Shown here in pieces: positions 62,205 to 64,000 of a stretch of 64,000 nucleotides of DNA (its first letter is position 1; every line of letters starts with the position of its first letter). Source of the DNA: Octopus sinensis (lineage: Eukaryota); the NCBI RefSeq assembly GCF_006345805.1, contig NC_043001.1, positions 66,898,001-66,962,000 of the forward strand, in the 5' to 3' direction. A program made the position numbers and the translations under genes. Below the pieces are notes generated by a model that searched no databases, was not told where the DNA came from, and was given only the letters and a program-made list of their open reading frames with translations.

Positions 62205-62372
62205 CCAGCTCTTCATGTTCTGAGTTCAAATCCTGTTAAAACCAACTTTGCCTTTCATTACTACCACTCTTGGGTCCATAAAATGAAATACCAGTCAAGC
62301 ACTGGGGTTGATGTAATTGACTTACTACATCCCACATCCCAAAATTGCTGGCTTTGTATCAAAATTTGAAAC

Positions 62373-62403
<31 letters not shown>

Positions 62404-62625
62404 TAAGGTAGATAGCTGGCAAAATCATTAGCACACCGGGTAAAATGCTTTGTGGTACTTCATCTATCTTTACATTCTGAATTCAAATTCTGCCAAGGTC
62501 AACTTTGCCTTTCATCCCTTCAGGGTCAGTAAAATAAATACCAGTTAAGCAATGGAGCCGATGTAATTAACTAATCTCCACCCAACCAAAAAAATTTCAG
62601 ACCTTATGCCTATAGTAGAAAGGAT
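62205..62625 (+). mobile_element. Two tandem SINE family B copies separated by (TTA)n
   Basis: About 62205-62372 and about 62405-62625. Confidence 0.75.
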
Positions 62626-62739
62626 TTTACTTCTTGTTTGCTCTGGTTGATTCTATGAGAGCGGACAGCAGCTTGTTGTCAGAAGTGCCATAGGGTCTCT
62701 TCCTACTCATTATAAGCTTTGATACTTGGTTGGAAAACA

Positions 62740-63002
62740 TTCAACATTATTATTAACAACTCAGGTTTCACATTATTTACATTTGACAGATATTTGTCCT
62801 CATCTTGTTTGTTGTTAACACGATGTTTTGACTGATATACCCTCCAGCTTTCATCAGGTGTCTTGGGGAAATTTCAAACCTGGGTTCTCATTCCTAAGGT
62901 ATTTTTCGATGTTATTATTTTTATTATCCAAGTCACTGCCTAAAATCAAACTCGGAATCTTGGGGTTTGTAGCCCGTGCTCTTAACCACTATGCCATATG
63001 CC
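62740..63002 (-). mobile_element. tRNA-like Pol III head followed by a hammerhead-bearing tail
   Basis: A box TGGCATAGTGG and B-box-like GAGTTTGATT at 62930-63002. ACAC-CTGATGA-A AGCTG...CAGTC-AAAA-C ATC-GTGT at 62818-62861. Confidence 0.7.
62818..62861 (-). ncRNA. Degenerate minimal type I hammerhead (G12A, G16.2A; both CpG-type changes)
   Basis: Intact CTGATGA and stem I ACAC/GTGT; GAAA reads AAAA. Confidence 0.55.
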
Positions 63003-63075
63003 CGTGGGCAATTATGGTGTGAATTTTTAGGGCTTATAAATCTAATATCTTCCTATCCTTCCTTAATACAAGTTC

Positions 63076-63405
63076 CTATATGCTATTCATATCTGCACTT
63101 GGTCTGCTTAGGAGGTTGTTGTGTCCTAGCATATGTACTGCTTCTTTTAGTTTTTGTATTTTCCAGTGGTGTTCTCTGTCTATTATTTTAACTTCACCCC
63201 ACAGGGGGAGGTGGTCTCCATTTTTCCATACATGATCAGCTATACCTAATTTATCAATATATCCTCGTGTCACAGCTTTGCGATGTTCCTCTACCCTTAT
63301 TTTGAGGGGGCGGCATGTTTTGCCTTTGTATAACCTATCACAGCTGCATGGGATGGAGTACACACAGTTTTTGGTCATTTTCTCTTCTATTGATGGTTTT
63401 GTTGG
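63076..63405 (-). mobile_element. Penelope-like element GIY-YIG endonuclease fragment
   Basis: MTKNCVYSIPCSCDRLYKGKTCRPLKIRVEEH...IADHVW...KLKEAVH is a VY-YIG type GIY-YIG with CxC, R..EH and the catalytic-Glu region. Confidence 0.85.
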
Positions 63406-63409
63406 AACT

Positions 63410-64000
63410 CCTGGAGTCTTGCATACATTGTGGGCTTGCTACCTGCAGCCTATGGTACCATGTTATCTGTTCTTTCCAACTATCTAGTATATTCCTGATG
63501 ATTCTGGCCATGTCCAAGGACGCAAACTTTTGTAACAGTTCTATTGGCACTTTATTCTGATCTCTTTTTTATTCCTCTTCATGCCTTCTGATACTGTGCA
63601 CAAAGACCCAACAATAATTAACACTATCTTCACCTTTTCCACACTCAAACTATCTCATATTTAAGAGGGTTGTATTTGTTTATTTTTTTGTCTTCCTTCT
63701 TCACTATTCATGTGTGAAAGGGGCACACAACATCAATTATACAGCACATGTGGTTCACTTTTTCCACCACCACCACCACCACTAGGTCCGGCTTGTTGTA
63801 CTCTAGTACCTGGTTTGTTTGGATTGGGAAATCCCACAGAATTTTGCAGGTCTCTGACTCCGCCTCTCTCTGTGGTTTGTGCTCATACCATGTCTTGCTT
63901 CTCTCTAACCCCCACTTTTCACAAAGTTTCCAACATAGCACTTTCACTGCTTCATTGTGTTGCCACAACTTATTTTGGTTTTGGATGAGTTGACGATGTT
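63410..64000 (-). mobile_element. R4/Dong-clade non-LTR retrotransposon C-terminus (restriction-like endonuclease)
   Basis: KLWQHN.VKVLCWKLCEKWG...WYEHKP...KILWDFPIQTNQV...KPDLVVV...CIIDVVCP, then IELLQKFASLDMARIIRNIL. Confidence 0.85.

Overview
Eukaryotic, AT-rich, microsatellite-dense genomic DNA. The repeat families (RTE tails ending in (TGA)n, tRNA-derived SINEs, TTAA-flanked piggyBac MITEs) look like those of a coleoid cephalopod such as Octopus; this is recognition from memory, not a database result. One host gene crosses the window on the + strand: the coiled-coil region of a PHLDB (LL5-family, pleckstrin homology-like domain family B) gene. It is read from six phase-0 exons (7076-7201, 9035-9172, 34405-34596, 35887-35979, 43793-43903, 56692-56811), and the PH-domain exons must lie beyond the window. 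I also see a candidate internal promoter with a start exon (about 6.05-6.65 kb) and a candidate 12-nt RKFR microexon (25327-25338). The rest is intronic: RTE, CR1 and R4/Dong-like LINE fragments, a Penelope-like GIY-YIG fragment, a piggyBac transposase remnant with related MITEs, several SINE families, and a 100-N gap. The most striking unexplained structure is a set of at least five different hammerhead-ribozyme (type I, CUGANGA...GAAA...NUH) elements. Three are long fold-back palindromes carrying a ribozyme on each strand (44.7, 44.9-45.3 and 51.7-52.3 kb). One is a ~340-360 bp tandem repeat resembling a retrozyme or pLTR (21.2-21.8 kb). One sits behind a tRNA-like Pol III head directly downstream of a Penelope endonuclease ORF (62.7-63.4 kb). 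Hammerheads in Penelope-like elements are established; these particular families and arrangements need checking. Exon and ribozyme coordinates were counted by hand; repeat boundaries are approximate.
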